In this document: positions 25,290-38,773 of the stretch, piece by piece
How the letters are laid out: each line of letters opens with the position of its first letter
How positions within the stretch are numbered: position 1 is the stretch's first letter
From: Octopus bimaculoides
Lineage: Eukaryota
Assembly (NCBI RefSeq): GCF_001194135.2
Contig: NC_068992.1
Span: 65,318,019 to 65,382,018 of the forward strand
Reading direction: 5' to 3'
DNA length: 64,000 nucleotides
Position numbers and translations under genes: made by a program
Notes under the pieces: model-generated
What the model saw: the letters and a program-made list of their open reading frames with translations, nothing else
Databases searched by the model: none
What the model was told of the DNA's origin: nothing

Positions 25290-25760
25290 CGACAGCGATC
25301 TTGCTCGGCTTGATGGGTCTTCTTCTAAAGTACGACATATTGCGAAATGTCTCAGTCATTGCCTCCGTGGGGCCCAATGCTCGAATGGAACTCGGCCACT
25401 TTGCTTCCGTGAGATCCAACTCTCGAAAGGTACATCTCAAAAGGTGCATTACACATCCAGCGAAGCCAACTAGCTTAATTTCTTTCAATCCTACGCATGC
25501 CTTCGGCCGTCACAGCCTATGCTTCACTGCCATGTAGCATAGTTGTTCGCACACAGGCATCATACAATCTCCCTTACATTCTGAGAGTGAGAGAGAGAGA
25601 GAGGCCCTTTGTTGCCAGCAGAGGTGGGAGCTCGCTGAACTTTGCTCAGCCTAGTCTTATTCTCCATCTACACTCTCGGAGCACCCACCTCCACTAATAC
25701 CTTGGCCACCTAGATAACGGAAGCTATCTACTACTTCTAGTTTACTCCTCTGACAGTTGA
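25290..25760 (-). mobile_element. RTE-clade LINE 3' remnant
   Basis: Minus-strand pieces KLEVVDSFRYLG, PLLATKGLS, RLYDACVRTTMLHGSEA*AVTAEGMRR and ALGPTEAMT match the RTE RT C-terminus (F.YLG; LLYGSETW); contains stops and deletions. Confidence 0.8.
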
Positions 25761-25971
25761 TGGAGTCTATTTTCTGCTCATTTTAACCGTTTAACCGTTT
25801 ACTGCACTTGTGCATCCTCCATGCAAAAAAACAATTTCAAGTTTAAAATGCGAATTTAATTTTGTGATCTACATCCTAATGACGGAGTTCTGTATCTGTA
25901 CCTGCTCGATGTTTCTTTTAAGAAAGAGTTCAGATTATTAAAACCAGAAACCACACACTCACTTTCTTAGG

Positions 25972-26055
<84 letters not shown>

Positions 26056-27267
26056 TGTGTATGTAAATATATATACATACATATATATATGTAATATGCA
26101 CTTGTGTGTGGATGCGCGTGCGGTGTGTGTGCGCGTGCGTGTGTGAGTGCGTGCCTGTGTCTGTGCGTGTGTGTGCGTGCCTGCGATGAAAACTTTTGAG
26201 CCGGTAGGAAACCGATATGAAACGATACCGCTCTGAAAGACATTTTATAAAATTTCTCATGTACGCAATATTAATGTCTGCCCGACCGTAACATTTTTTT
26301 CTTAATCTCAAATTTAACAAATTTCTCCATTAGTTGTTTATTTAACCCCCACAGCAAGTACTGTTTGGCTTTTCATCATTTAATCTCATCTCATTGTCAT
26401 GTATTAAATAACAACCGCCCACGCAGAATGCCCAGTGCTTGTCAATAAACAATCATACCAAAATTTTATAATTTCACATTTTATTCCGTGCTTGAAAAAT
26501 CTGGTTATTCTTCATAGACACAACGCATTTTTATATTTGCTTACGTTTTGTGCCTATAGCTGTGTATTTGCTTGCATTTACATCCATACATATAACTTCT
26601 GAGATATTATATTGTATGAGGAGATGACATATTGTCCAATACGAAAATGCGGCAACCATAGAAATAAACAATGGAACATTCTCTTCACTGTCAAGCAGGA
26701 TTTTGTGTGAGTATATTTTACAGTTAAAGAATGACGTGGTATAGCGTTCAATACGTGTAGGATTGCAGCCGTGAAGCCTGCTTAGAGCGTTAGAACTGAT
26801 AATGGGGATTAAAACTACATCGCTCTTATTCCCGCTGGCAATATCATTACGGCTCTCTCTCTCTCTCTTTCTCCCTCACTCTCTGTCCCTCTCTATCTCT
26901 CTCGCTCTACTTTGGTGTTTCCTGCTTACAGTATCAATGTGCTCAAAAGCGATGTCATAACAGATCTTATTATTCGGTGGGAATAAAGTCTTTATTGATG
27001 AGCAAAAAGTCAATCCGCCTCTCCGCCCCCAAACCCCCACACGCAAACAAGTGTATACACGAACATCAGTACATAAGGATGCAGAAAGAGAAGGAGGGAG
27101 AGAGTGAGGGAGAGAGAGAGGGAGAATACGTGCGCAACCACACGCGCGTACATAGACATATCTCAACAGGTAGCATAGAAATTCGCAATCATTCAAGTTT
27201 GTCTACATCTACAGTTTCTTTAACAACTTCAATATGTTTAAATGTGAGGACTTGCGGGCTAGCGTGT

Positions 27268-27268
27268 G

Positions 27269-27329
<61 letters not shown>

Positions 27330-27330
27330 C

Positions 27331-27405
<75 letters not shown>

Positions 27406-27481
27406 ATATATATATGTGTGTATATATATATATATATATGGATGGATAGATAGACAGATAGATAGATAGACAGATAGATAA

Positions 27482-27545
<64 letters not shown>

Positions 27546-27555
27546 ATAGATAGAT
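27268..27555. repeat. Inverted compound microsatellite (ATCT)n - (TA)n - (GATA)n
   Basis: (ATCT)n 27268-27404, TA-rich spacer to 27440, then the reverse-complement unit (GATA)n 27441-27555. Confidence 0.95.
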
Positions 27556-29489
27556 TGTGTGTATAGTTATGTTTATGCGCATCCGAATACCTCTGTGTGT
27601 ATGCATATATGTGTATGTCTGGTGTGTGTCTGTGCATGTATATGTGTATGTATGGCGTGTGTGTTTATGTGTATATGTGTGTGTTTGTGTGTATATGGGG
27701 TGCGTGTGTGTGTTTGTGGCGGTTTGTACCGTCAAGAATGTTAAGAGTCAGATGTTAACAACGCACGATGTTGATAGTTTTGGAAACTAAGTTATAAAAG
27801 AACTAACTTTAGCAAAGCTGAAATAGCAACCACAGATTGCAATTCAGTTTGTGTTTGGTCGAGAAGATTTATGTGCTGTTACAGCTCTTCAAGAAAAGCC
27901 GATCTGTATAAATGTGGGGTTGATTTGACTATTATATTTAATTGTTTTAAGGAACCTAGAGAGAATCTCCGGCAGCTCATCGCATTTTATTTATTAATGA
28001 ATGTCACCGTTCGTCATTTCACTAGATTCTGCTTTCATTTTTGCAGTTTCTCTTTATTTCTGCAATTATCAAACAATTAGATTCTTTAAGAAAAATAGAA
28101 ACCTGCGATCTTTATATATTTCTCAAAGACAATGTTTAATATTTCAACAGATATTCAAAGTAAATTCGGTACCAAATACACGACAACTCTCCTTTAGCAT
28201 AACCGAGCTTCTCATGAACAACTGTCTTCAATACTTCTTAGATATGACAGTTTAAAGATTAATGGTTATTCGTTGTACAGCTATAAAGTTATAAGTAATG
28301 TATTAAGATTGTGTTTCAGAATATTGTTTAATTAAGAAGGTAATGAAATTATAGGAATCAATACGCGATATAGCATTGATCTGACAAGATCGAGAAACGT
28401 AAACGGCATATTCGAGAAGCAAATTCTCGTTGAATATGCAACAAGAAGCTAATTAATGTTGATAGATTACACAGTTCATAGCTCGAAGATCATAATATCA
28501 TGTTGCAAGTATAAACCACTAACGACAGCATCAGAGGCATTGATTCATATTTATACGTGGAGCTGCTTATTAAGTGATAATATATTCTCATCATCTGTCA
28601 GAGAAGGTGTAAATACATTTCACTAACGTCCAGATAAGGCTATGTTCTTCGACTGCCATATGACACCCCAGCCCTAGATGTGTGACAGTCAAAGATAAGA
28701 TTTAATAATTAACACTCAGCGCATGAAGCGAACAGACAGATTTTATTTCCGTTTTCTTAACCAATACTCAGTGTACTTGTTATTATGTTGCTATGAAGAC
28801 AAAGCAAAAGCGTTTGGAAGAATCGGAGATGAATATCGTTGAATTTATCACTTTAGTTAGTAGAATTCCAACCCGATTTCCATTTGCATCCGAATCACTT
28901 TCGTTTTCAATATTAATACCTGAAAGAAAGGCAAGGATATCACAATATTTCTCCCCGGTAAAGAATGCAACTTTAATTGCTGTTTGATGGCTGGAAATAC
29001 TCCACAAGTTTGACGATAAAATACAAAAAGTCTGCAGTATAAGTCGTGTATCTAAGAGCGGTCAAGAGAATAATACATTTCAGCCTCGTGCGTCAACGGT
29101 AGCAAATTATAACTAGAATCGTCTCGTGAGAAAGTGACGGACGGCACATTATAGACATTCTATTAGACATAAAATGATTGCACTTGCAATAAAAGAAGCG
29201 ACAAATTGTTAAACATGTTTTGTTTTCTTTAAATAGTTCATTGTTATTTTGGGCACATTTCACAAGAATTTTCATATTGTAAAAATCTGTCTTATGAGGC
29301 AGTTTATCATCTATGAATTATCAGTTCGCATTTCCAAAGATTTAGATGTCGCTTATACGATAATGTGAGTTTTTTTAGTCGATCCCAATAGTCAATGGCT
29401 CTCATGCTGTCTATATTTCTTGCTGTTGACCTCTGGAGTGCTTTCTACTTTTCATATGTGTATATGTTTAAATCTGTGTGTGTGTTTTT

Positions 29490-29723
29490 GTGTCTGTGTT
29501 TGTCAACTACTACACTCACCATCACTTGACAACCGATGTTGGTGTGTATTCGTCCCCGTAACTTTGTGGTTCGGTAACAGAAACCGATGGAATGAGTACT
29601 AGGCTTACAAAGAATAAAACCTGGGATCGATTTCCGCGACATAAAAAGAAATCTTTAAGGTGGTGCTTTAAGGCGGCCGCAATCATATGACTGAAAGAAG
29701 CAAAACAATAAAAGAATAACAGA

Positions 29724-29725
<2 letters not shown>
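29490..29725 (+). mobile_element. SINE family A, 3' half
   Basis: ccatcacttgacaaccgatgttggtgtgtattcgtccccgtaac...agtactaggcttacaaagaataa...ggccgcaatcatatgactgaaa. Confidence 0.85.
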
Positions 29726-29765
<40 letters not shown>

Positions 29766-29795
29766 CATACAGACACATACATACATATATATGTA

Positions 29796-30500
29796 TAATG
29801 TGTCATCCCATAAATAGTGCGCTGTTTTTATATACTTCTTGTAATTTTCAATATTAAGATAAACAAATTTCTTTTTTCATCTAAAATATATTCTCCTTCA
29901 TTTTCTACAATGCTCTTCCATCTAGTTGGTTTCTTTCAAGTCCCCTTTCCAATATTCACTTGTCTGTTACGAAAAATACTCCTCTAGTACTGTTCTGACC
30001 TCGTTTAAAGAATTCATATTTTCTTCCGTCCAAATGATTTTCAAGACTGTTGCCGTGCATTATCCTAATGGAAGAACAACTTTCTTCTTGATACCAAGGA
30101 TGGTCGTTTTTCTTCGAGTGTTAACTTGAATGACTGGTTGGATGACCAAATCCAATCTTCTCTGCTAGTTCCTCAATAATTACGATAGGAGTTTGTTCCA
30201 CCAAGGTTTGTAGGACGTCCTCGTCCAGCTCTACAGATCTTCCAAGGCGAGGCGTCTTCTAGGGTGTAGTCTCTACCTCGGAATTTCTGGAACCACTGTT
30301 GACAATGACTCACGCTTATAGTTTCTCCCCTATATATTGCATTAATAGTCCACTTTCCGTTGCGTTGTTGCCTTTATTGAACACATAAAGCAAAATTGAA
30401 CGAATATTTACCTTTGTCTTTTCCTTTCAAAAAATAACTGTTAAGATCGAAGTGCACTCTTGAAAACTGTTTTTATAGCAAGTTGATGCAGGTAGTTTAT
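29796..30500 (-). mobile_element. Mariner remnant, minus-strand copy with internal deletions
   Basis: Minus-strand pieces KTKVNIRSILLYVFNKGNNATES, a decayed LED-xxxx-GR region and RKLFFH*DNARQ. TIR taatgtgtcatcccataaatag at 29796. Confidence 0.8.
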
Positions 30501-30529
30501 CCCGTTCCCCTTCGACTTTTAGTTCATGA

Positions 30530-30820
30530 AAGCAGGTTGTAATTTTACCGTGTAATTTTTCTTAGTGCAATTCAATTTTAACTTTTTTTTTCAAAGCTAT
30601 AATGAAAGTGACAAACGAGCATGTTTGGCATATTTTTGCTTTATAAGTTCAGTAAAGACAACAACGCAACGGAAAGTGCGAGGAATGTTAATGCAGTGAA
30701 TGAGGATCAGTCCCCGTTCCAGAAATTCCGAGCCGGAAACTACAGCCTAGAAGACAGGCCTTAATTTTGAAAAATAAAAGAATTACTGTAAAACCGATTT
30801 ATTTCTGGGATGGCCTAATA
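30530..30820 (+). mobile_element. Mariner remnant, plus-strand copy (N-terminus joined to 3' TIR)
   Basis: MKVTNEHVWHIF/LYKFSKDNNATESARNVNAV...FQKFRAGNYSLEDRP, then atttctgggatggcctaata|TA, the reverse complement of the TIR at 29796. Confidence 0.8.
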
Positions 30821-31477
30821 TATACAAACATACATGTATACAAATGGAAACAAAACAGCAATCTTTCGTTCAAAGACAGAAGTCAATATATTCGTTATAA
30901 TTTATTATTCATATAATGTTAATTTTCCGACAAACATTATGAAATATTTGCTTCGTTTTTTTTGTTTATTTATTACTTATTAACATTAAAGAACAGGAGA
31001 AAATTACGTTTACTAACTTGATTGAAGAGTTGAAAATGCAAAAACGCATAAAAATCAACCAGCTTTCACTTTTACAAAACCAGGGCAGAAACATAACGCT
31101 CATTTTCATTTGAGGTAATTTTCCATTTAACAAATCGCAGGACATTTTATATTGTAATATAATAAACACGCACAAACAGTTTCATAAAATTCCAGTATTT
31201 CTAAGCAGACTTTAATACTTATTTATTATTCTTTCTCTTTAAAAGAAAATATCAAACCAGAACAGCAATCGTTTACATGTAAAATTCAATATAACAAACG
31301 TAGCATAATGCAGAAAATAAATATAATTGAGTATTAGTACAGAGACAAATAACTGACATTTCGAAATCGATTTCTCAAAAAACGTAACTCACATCAAATA
31401 AAAACAAAAACAAACAAAATGAAACAATACTAATTCGAATTTTCCAACACGATTTCTAACTGCTTTTCTGTTTTTTT

Positions 31478-31830
31478 TTAATTAATTATTATTATTTTTG
31501 TGTGGCTACTGTTGATGCCGTATATCATCATCATCATCATCGTCGTCGTCGTCGTAATCATCGTAATCATCGTAATGATTATCTTCATCATCATCATCAT
31601 CATCATCATCAAAATCATCATTATCATCGTCCTCGTCATCGTCATCATCAGCACCAACATCATTAGCGTAATAGTAATCACAATCATAATTCTCATGAAC
31701 ATCAATTACATTATCGTCATCACAATCATCTCCACCACCATCACCACTATCTTGATCATCATCATCATCATCATCTCTATCATCATCACCACCACCACCA
31801 TCACCACCACCACCGACATCATCGTTATTG
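31478..31830. repeat. Degenerate (CAT/CGT/CAC)n trinucleotide low-complexity tract
   Basis: Gives poly-Ile, poly-Asp and poly-Met ORFs in different frames; no coding signature. Confidence 0.85.
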
Positions 31831-32889
31831 GCATTGGCTTCCAATAACATTGTTGGAAAGATGTATTCTTATTAGATCCTGTATTCTTATTGGATCTGAT
31901 TGGATCCTGTATCCGTACCTCCGTACATCTACGCAATCACCATGAACACTGCTTCCAATCTGACTCCATTCTAACATTGAAAACGCACACAGACATACTT
32001 GTCAACTAGTTTTAGTTCCTCTATTTACAGTATTATAGATTACGCTCAGACAAATATACATCTTATTAACAGCATCAACATCTTCTGTTTCTTATTTGCG
32101 TGTTCGAACTTCACTCTCAGATTATTTATCCTTTTGCTATTTACTAATTGATTCGGGCCATTATTATTCCTTCCCCTTTCGAGTTGGATTGTTTCATTTT
32201 ATATTATAACGATGTATTCGATGTCGAAAATTGCCGAAATAAGCCGATCTTTGAAGATCCGTTTAAAGAAGTACACACAGTTGTTGTCTCTGCCATCCAC
32301 GTTTCTATTGCATGTTGTATTTTTCAAACATATTTCATTGCCTCTTCCGAATCGTTTATCCAATGCTAACCATTTTGACTATTAATCCCTCATTCTACAA
32401 CACTTGATTCTGTTCTCGTATCTGCAGCGATTTTGGGTTGGCGTTTTATCTTGTTCGGAATTCATGTTACTTTGCTGTAATAACAATTGCGTGTCTCGTA
32501 AAGTGAAAATCTAATTATTTTTTCTATGAATATGAATTTACGGTACCATAATTAAATTATGTTTCAAGAACCACATTTTCAATGTTTTCTTACGAATCAA
32601 GAATTCAAAAATGTATTTAGTAAAAATTGCTAAGAACATCTACGGAAGATTGGTCTTAGTGGGTTTAGAGCAACTGGTATGTGTTCCTCACTGAAAATTT
32701 CCTAAATCTATGAGAATCGGTCTTTAGCCTTCTAACAGCAACTTTATCTCGTTTAGCTTATATAATTTAAAAGTGATAGGAAGTATAAACTGTCTACATT
32801 CCACACATAAATTGTGATTGATATAAATACAAAATTACGTCTGATAATAAATCTGTTCTGTTTGACATTGCTAACACTGGATTGGATGT

Positions 32890-33375
32890 CTCATGTCCAA
32901 AAACATATTCATGCTTCCAACATTGTCACTATATCATGTCAGTTGTGTCAGCCCACAGGCCGAGACAAAGAGGTATACGAAACGTACTCTAAAGGAGATC
33001 TGGTCCTTCATCAACCATTGCATTAGTAAGATTCTTGAAATACATTGGCCGAAAAAAGAAATCAAATAGATTGCCTTCTGGCAACAAATCCAGCAACCCC
33101 TCGTTGAGGTAGAGCTGAAATGAAGGGTCTTTGCATTGGAAACAAATTCAGTAAACATAAGCACAACGCTGTCAAGCAGTTCCTCTGCTGGAAATCTTAG
33201 AACAAAAGGATGAGAGTAAAGGCTAAAGAAATTTTGGCGACGTTGGAATTTGCAGAACAAAGCGGAAAGATCCGGATGGAGCAAGGGATGTTGGGGAAGA
33301 AATTCTGTGACAGGGACGAGCGGAGGGAGATCCTCGATGGTCTGCGCCACAAAGTGTCGGTGAGCGATATTGATA
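32890..33375 (+). mobile_element. RTE-clade LINE 3' remnant, different family from 25290
   Basis: SFINHCISKILEIHWPKKEIK*...WQQIQQPL...DRDERREILDGL resembles the RTE C-terminus FINxCLRRILxIxWP...DRxxWRxLVDGL; contains stops and frameshifts. Confidence 0.7.
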
Positions 33376-33522
33376 TTCTTTCAAGAACTCCTTGAAACAA
33401 AATACAGAAACACGTATGATGTACTTTGACGGACTGAGAAATTTCACACACACACACGCACATATACACACACGTACACACATACACACAATCGTACACA
33501 GGCATGCTCACACATACATACA

Positions 33523-33576
<54 letters not shown>

Positions 33577-34459
33577 CACATATACATATGTGTGTGCCTG
33601 TCGTTTATTCTTCTGAAGGGTTATTCAACAAAGTCGAATGAAGTGACATCTACGACATTTTGTCCAAGGAATAAGACGTTTTCAATATTTAACTATGAAT
33701 TAATCTCACGAATAAATTGGTATTAAAGCGTTTCCATTGGTCACTAATGCCAACAGATTTGTTGATAATGGATTGTTTTCATTTCTCATAATCATTTATA
33801 TGTAATTAAAAAGTTCCATAATTAATGCCTAAAACAAATTCTGTTGTTTTTGCAATTAAACTTTTAAAAGTTTTCCACCATAGTCCTGAAAAATATTGAT
33901 TGAATAAACTGAGGTTAATTATTATTACTATCATTATTATTATTTTAATTTAAGGAAAAAGAAACCGTTGTGCTCCGACTTGATGGAAAATATTTCTCTT
34001 GTTATATCATTAGATTCCATCACATTTCTCTATTCGTTTCTATCCTTTATTCGGAAATGGTCAAAGAAAGCGAAACTTATGATTTTTTTTCACTTGGGGA
34101 GTGCTTTGAAAACTATTTCGTAAAGATAGAATTTAAAAAATAGAATGACAAAATCTATATACTTATTATATTTTTTCCTGAAGATTCTGTGCTTTGTCAT
34201 AACATTTGACACAAACAATCAAACACACATGTATGTATGTATGTATGTATGTATGTATGTATGTATATTTTTTCTGATGATTCTCCGAAACGAGATGAAT
34301 CGCTGATTAATTAGCGAAATTTCTTATTACCTCCTTCTACTTAACATATAAAAACTGTACACCTCTTCAAACATTCTACAAACACACATACGCACACTAG
34401 TAGTTCACAGGTATACACGTTTATTGGCTTGGCGTCCGTATTGTGCTCGATTAATGAGA

Positions 34460-34555
34460 AACGGAAGATGGAAGATACGAGAATTTTTATTAATCACTGC
34501 AATCGTTTCGATCCATCTTGCATCGAACCCTCGCGGGTGAGCTACTTATCAACTG
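34460..34555 (-). repeat. Dispersed repeat, copy 1 (possible Penelope-like terminal sequence)
   Basis: gaagatggaagatacgagaatttttattaatcactgcaatcgtttcga aligns with gaagatggaatatacgagaatttgttattaatcaggacaattgtttcga at 54247. Confidence 0.6.
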
Positions 34556-35080
34556 GTTTAGGTGTTCCCTCGGGTGATTTCAGTATGCTTCGTTGAAATA
34601 AATTCTGTTTCGCACAATTTATTTCTGGATTTCTTCTAGTTCTTATTTAGAAATGGCAAATTAAGGGATATTGCTTCGTTCTTATAGAAGATCCATAACA
34701 CAGATGAGTTGGAAAAAGAAACAAATACACAATACAGCGAAGAAATGTAATATTCGATGTCCTTTTTTATCTCAATGTAGATCGCCTTACCATTCATACC
34801 ATTCTTCGAGCATGAACGAGCAAAATTAATTTTATATCAATTTAAAGGACAATGTCTCCGACGATCGACTTCGGCGTTTTTGTTATTATGATTAGAAATG
34901 CAACAGAACTGTACTTAATGTATCACCGCCTTTAAAGAACAGGGCGGGCGATTGAATTGTTTTATTAGTTCCAGCTATAGATATTTCCTTATTAATTTGG
35001 AATGTTTAACAACAGGTATTCATTAACATTAATGGAGAGCTTCGCGTTTACAATCACTGTAATTCTACAACACACACACT

Positions 35081-35120
<40 letters not shown>

Positions 35121-35244
35121 TATATATATACATACATATATATATAAACATACATATATGTGTGTATACATATATCTCTCTCTATATATATTTATACATG
35201 TTTTATATATATATTTATATATATATATATATACATATATATGC

Positions 35245-35324
<80 letters not shown>

Positions 35325-36282
35325 ATATATATAAATATGAATATATATATATTTATGTATATACATATACATTTGTATATATGTGCATATATAGAAATAG
35401 ACATACACACCCACATGTATGTATGCATGTATTTCTGTACATTGTTTCTAAAAATTACATGTATATATTTATTGAAATATAGACATATACACAATAGCAA
35501 ACAAACGCATACACATACACATATAGAGGAATTCTGACTTTTGAGATATTCAACAATCATTTTATTCACTATCGTCTAAATATCCAAAAGGTTAAATAGG
35601 GAGGAAAAGATTGACTTAATATATCACATGGCTTCTCTCTCTCTCTTTTTCTCTCCTTCTACAGAAGATTCCGTACAGATCTATACATACATACATACAT
35701 ACATACTCGCACACAGACACACGCATGTATATGCATAAAGATGGGTTACAATAATTAAAAAATTTTTAAATAGACAATGCACTGCCAGACAACATAAATA
35801 TAACATAATATTGCTACGTAAAACACGTAGGCCATTCGATATAAAATCCATATTGCGCGGCCCCTCAGTAAAAATGAAATGTAAATAGACAGCTTTGAGA
35901 AATAAACAATACACATTGACAGATCGGCATATATTCAGCCCCAAATTAAAAGGTTATATTATAATTCGGCTACGTTGTAATTTAGAGAAAAGTTTAAGGG
36001 TATCATAGGTTTATATGAGCATGTATTGATTGTGAAATCCTCTGAAGCGTTGACACGATATGCTTCGGCGTTGACAGTTTTATGTATATCGAAACATTAA
36101 TGTTTGTGTGTATAGTCTCCGTCAAGTTTGCTGCGTTGTTCGTTATCACAGTGTGATTTTTTTTTATTAATTTGAGTCGTTGTTGACGTGTGTATGTATG
36201 TTCGTATGGGTATATTTATGTATATATGTATATGTGAACATATGTACGTACGTTTGTATGAATGTATGAATGTATATGTCTA

Positions 36283-36329
<47 letters not shown>

Positions 36330-36429
36330 ATATATATANNNNNNNNNNNNNNNNNNNNNNNNNNNNNNNNNNNNNNNNNNNNNNNNNNNNNNNNNNNNNN
36401 NNNNNNNNNNNNNNNNNNNNNNNNCCTGC

Positions 36430-36467
<38 letters not shown>

Positions 36468-38635
36468 GCAGGGAGATGTATTCATTGGAAATGGAAAGTT
36501 CATAAATTGTTACTCAAACTAAGGGTTCCCAATTTTAGAACGCAGTTACTTACATTTATGTAGAGAATACTGTTCATATCATTGTGCATGGCGATAATAT
36601 TGAGAAGGATTAATGTGTGAACCGTTATCAGCGTTCTGTTTCCATTAAAGCGTGAACACGTTGTACGTTAAAACTCATTCCTTCTTTCTTCTCTTTATGT
36701 CCATTTTATTTACACTACACACACAAAAACACAAGTGAATGCACATTTTATTTTGTGTACGTATTCCCATTCATATTCAATTCAAAAAGTTCCCCATACA
36801 CGATTGCCTGTCCCACAACATACAAACATCTATTAGCATTTTTCACCTCAAAATCCCCACGTGATTTCATATAGGATTTGACAAATATCTCATTTGAAAT
36901 TATATATAAAATGGATGTCTTGTAAAACTATTCTGCATAAACAATATGAGCCATACGAACAATCCAGTACACGCCCATCATCAGCTGCCTCAGCTATTTG
37001 AACGATAAATGATATAAATAGTTTATTTCCCATACAAGCACAATTTTCCTGAAGGCATTCATTATCAAATACATATGTAATGCTTAAATCAAAAGACTAA
37101 CTATTCGTCATTGTCTTTAATGATTAATCAAATAAGGAGCTTAATGAAGGAGGTTGTGTGAAGAATTTACGTCATTCAAACTTCTGTTAGCAAATTTTGA
37201 AGTATTTTCTAGATGCCCAGTTGAATCTCATTTTTGTTGTTTGATTTTCTATTTCAAAACGGCGTCTGGAAATCTGGAGAAAAACAAAGTCGGAGTAACA
37301 CTTTAGAAAGGTATTAGATTCCAATGAATATATGACACTGCTTTTTGTTTTCAGTACTCTCTAATTGTATAAATTGTTTCTAATATTTGTATTCACACCC
37401 TCACGTGCACAATTATTTATACAAAAATTCACATACGTGTGTATATATATGTATATATATGTACACACACATGTATATATATATAAATATATATATATAT
37501 ATANNNNNNNNNNNNNNNNNNNNNNNNNNNNNNNNNNNNNNNNNNNNNNNNNNNNNNNNNNNNNNNNNNNNNNNNNNNNNNNNNNNNNNNNNNNNNNNNN
37601 NNNNNNNNNNNNNNNNNNNNNNNNNNNNNNNNNNNNNNNNNNNNNNNNNNNNNNNNNNNNNNNNNNNNNNNNNNNNNNNNNNNNNNTGTATGTCTGTGTG
37701 CATGTATATGTGCATATAGATGTCTATATATATATACACACACACATATATATATATATATATACATATATAGTATATATATATATATATACATATATAC
37801 GTATATATATATACATACATTGATACATATGTACATACATACGTACGTACGTACGTACGCACGTGCGTGCATACATAGATAGTACATACATAAGTACATA
37901 CATCTATAACTTGCAAGCTCTGAGTAATTTGCTTGTATGTGGAAATATGTTATTGAGTAAGGACTCTGAATGTTACTCATGGTTTTATATATATGTTATT
38001 GTTATCATTAGAGCTTGAATGCTGAGTATATTCACCATTCCGAAAGTATAGATTCAAAGGTCATCGATTTTTATGAACCGAACTACACACATACACACAC
38101 ATACATGCCTACATACATACGTACGTAGGTATATCTGTGTGTATGTGTGTATATATATATGTATTTCTCTCTTTATATATATATATAAACGTGGGTCAGT
38201 ATATGTATTTCTTTGTATATGTTCCATATGTTCCTTGTGTATATTGTTGCATTGCCACAAACACGTATGCAATGACGTAGCAATATCCAAAGCTATCCAC
38301 GTCGTTGTGGAAGTTTCGTATTTCACGATTGCTGTCGCAGCCACACATTAATGGTATTCATTATTGTAGTTGTCCATTAAAACGGACATTAATAATCGCT
38401 TAAACACCATGCCTCCCTCCATGTTATTGCAGACACATACTACTGTATGTCTGTGTGTATGTCTATACATGTATGCGTCTATCTGTATGTGTGTGTTTGT
38501 ATGTGTATATGTTTGTAAGTACCTGTATGCACATGCAGTCATACACATGACTACGTATGCATTCCAGCAGGTGTGTTTGAATGTGTAAATGACGAATGTC
38601 CTTTTTTCTTGCAAATTTGAATATTGTTTTGCATG

Positions 38636-38641
38636 TTTATT
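38636..38641 (-). promoter_or_regulatory. Candidate polyadenylation signal
   Basis: AATAAA on the minus strand (tttatt on plus) about 130 nt after the stop codon. The motif is common in AT-rich DNA, so support is weak. Confidence 0.3.
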
Positions 38642-38773
38642 TTTCCTCTAACTGTTCCATATTATATGTTTCGGTAAACCATGTTGGTGCAGTGTTGGCA
38701 ATGTCAATTTGATACCGGTTTCTGGTATGTATGTATCTATATATTTTCATAAATCACTATGTATGTGTAAAAT

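Noticed and set aside
31506-31850. Asp/Gly-rich 114-aa ORF resembling an acidic protein
   Set aside because: It is the translation of a degenerate (GAT/GGT)n tract; other frames give equally open poly-Ile and poly-Met.
34273-34310. CTGATGA-ttctcc-GAAA-cga...tcg, hammerhead-like
   Set aside because: Stem II cannot pair, the cleavage triplet is GCT rather than NUH, and stem I is absent.
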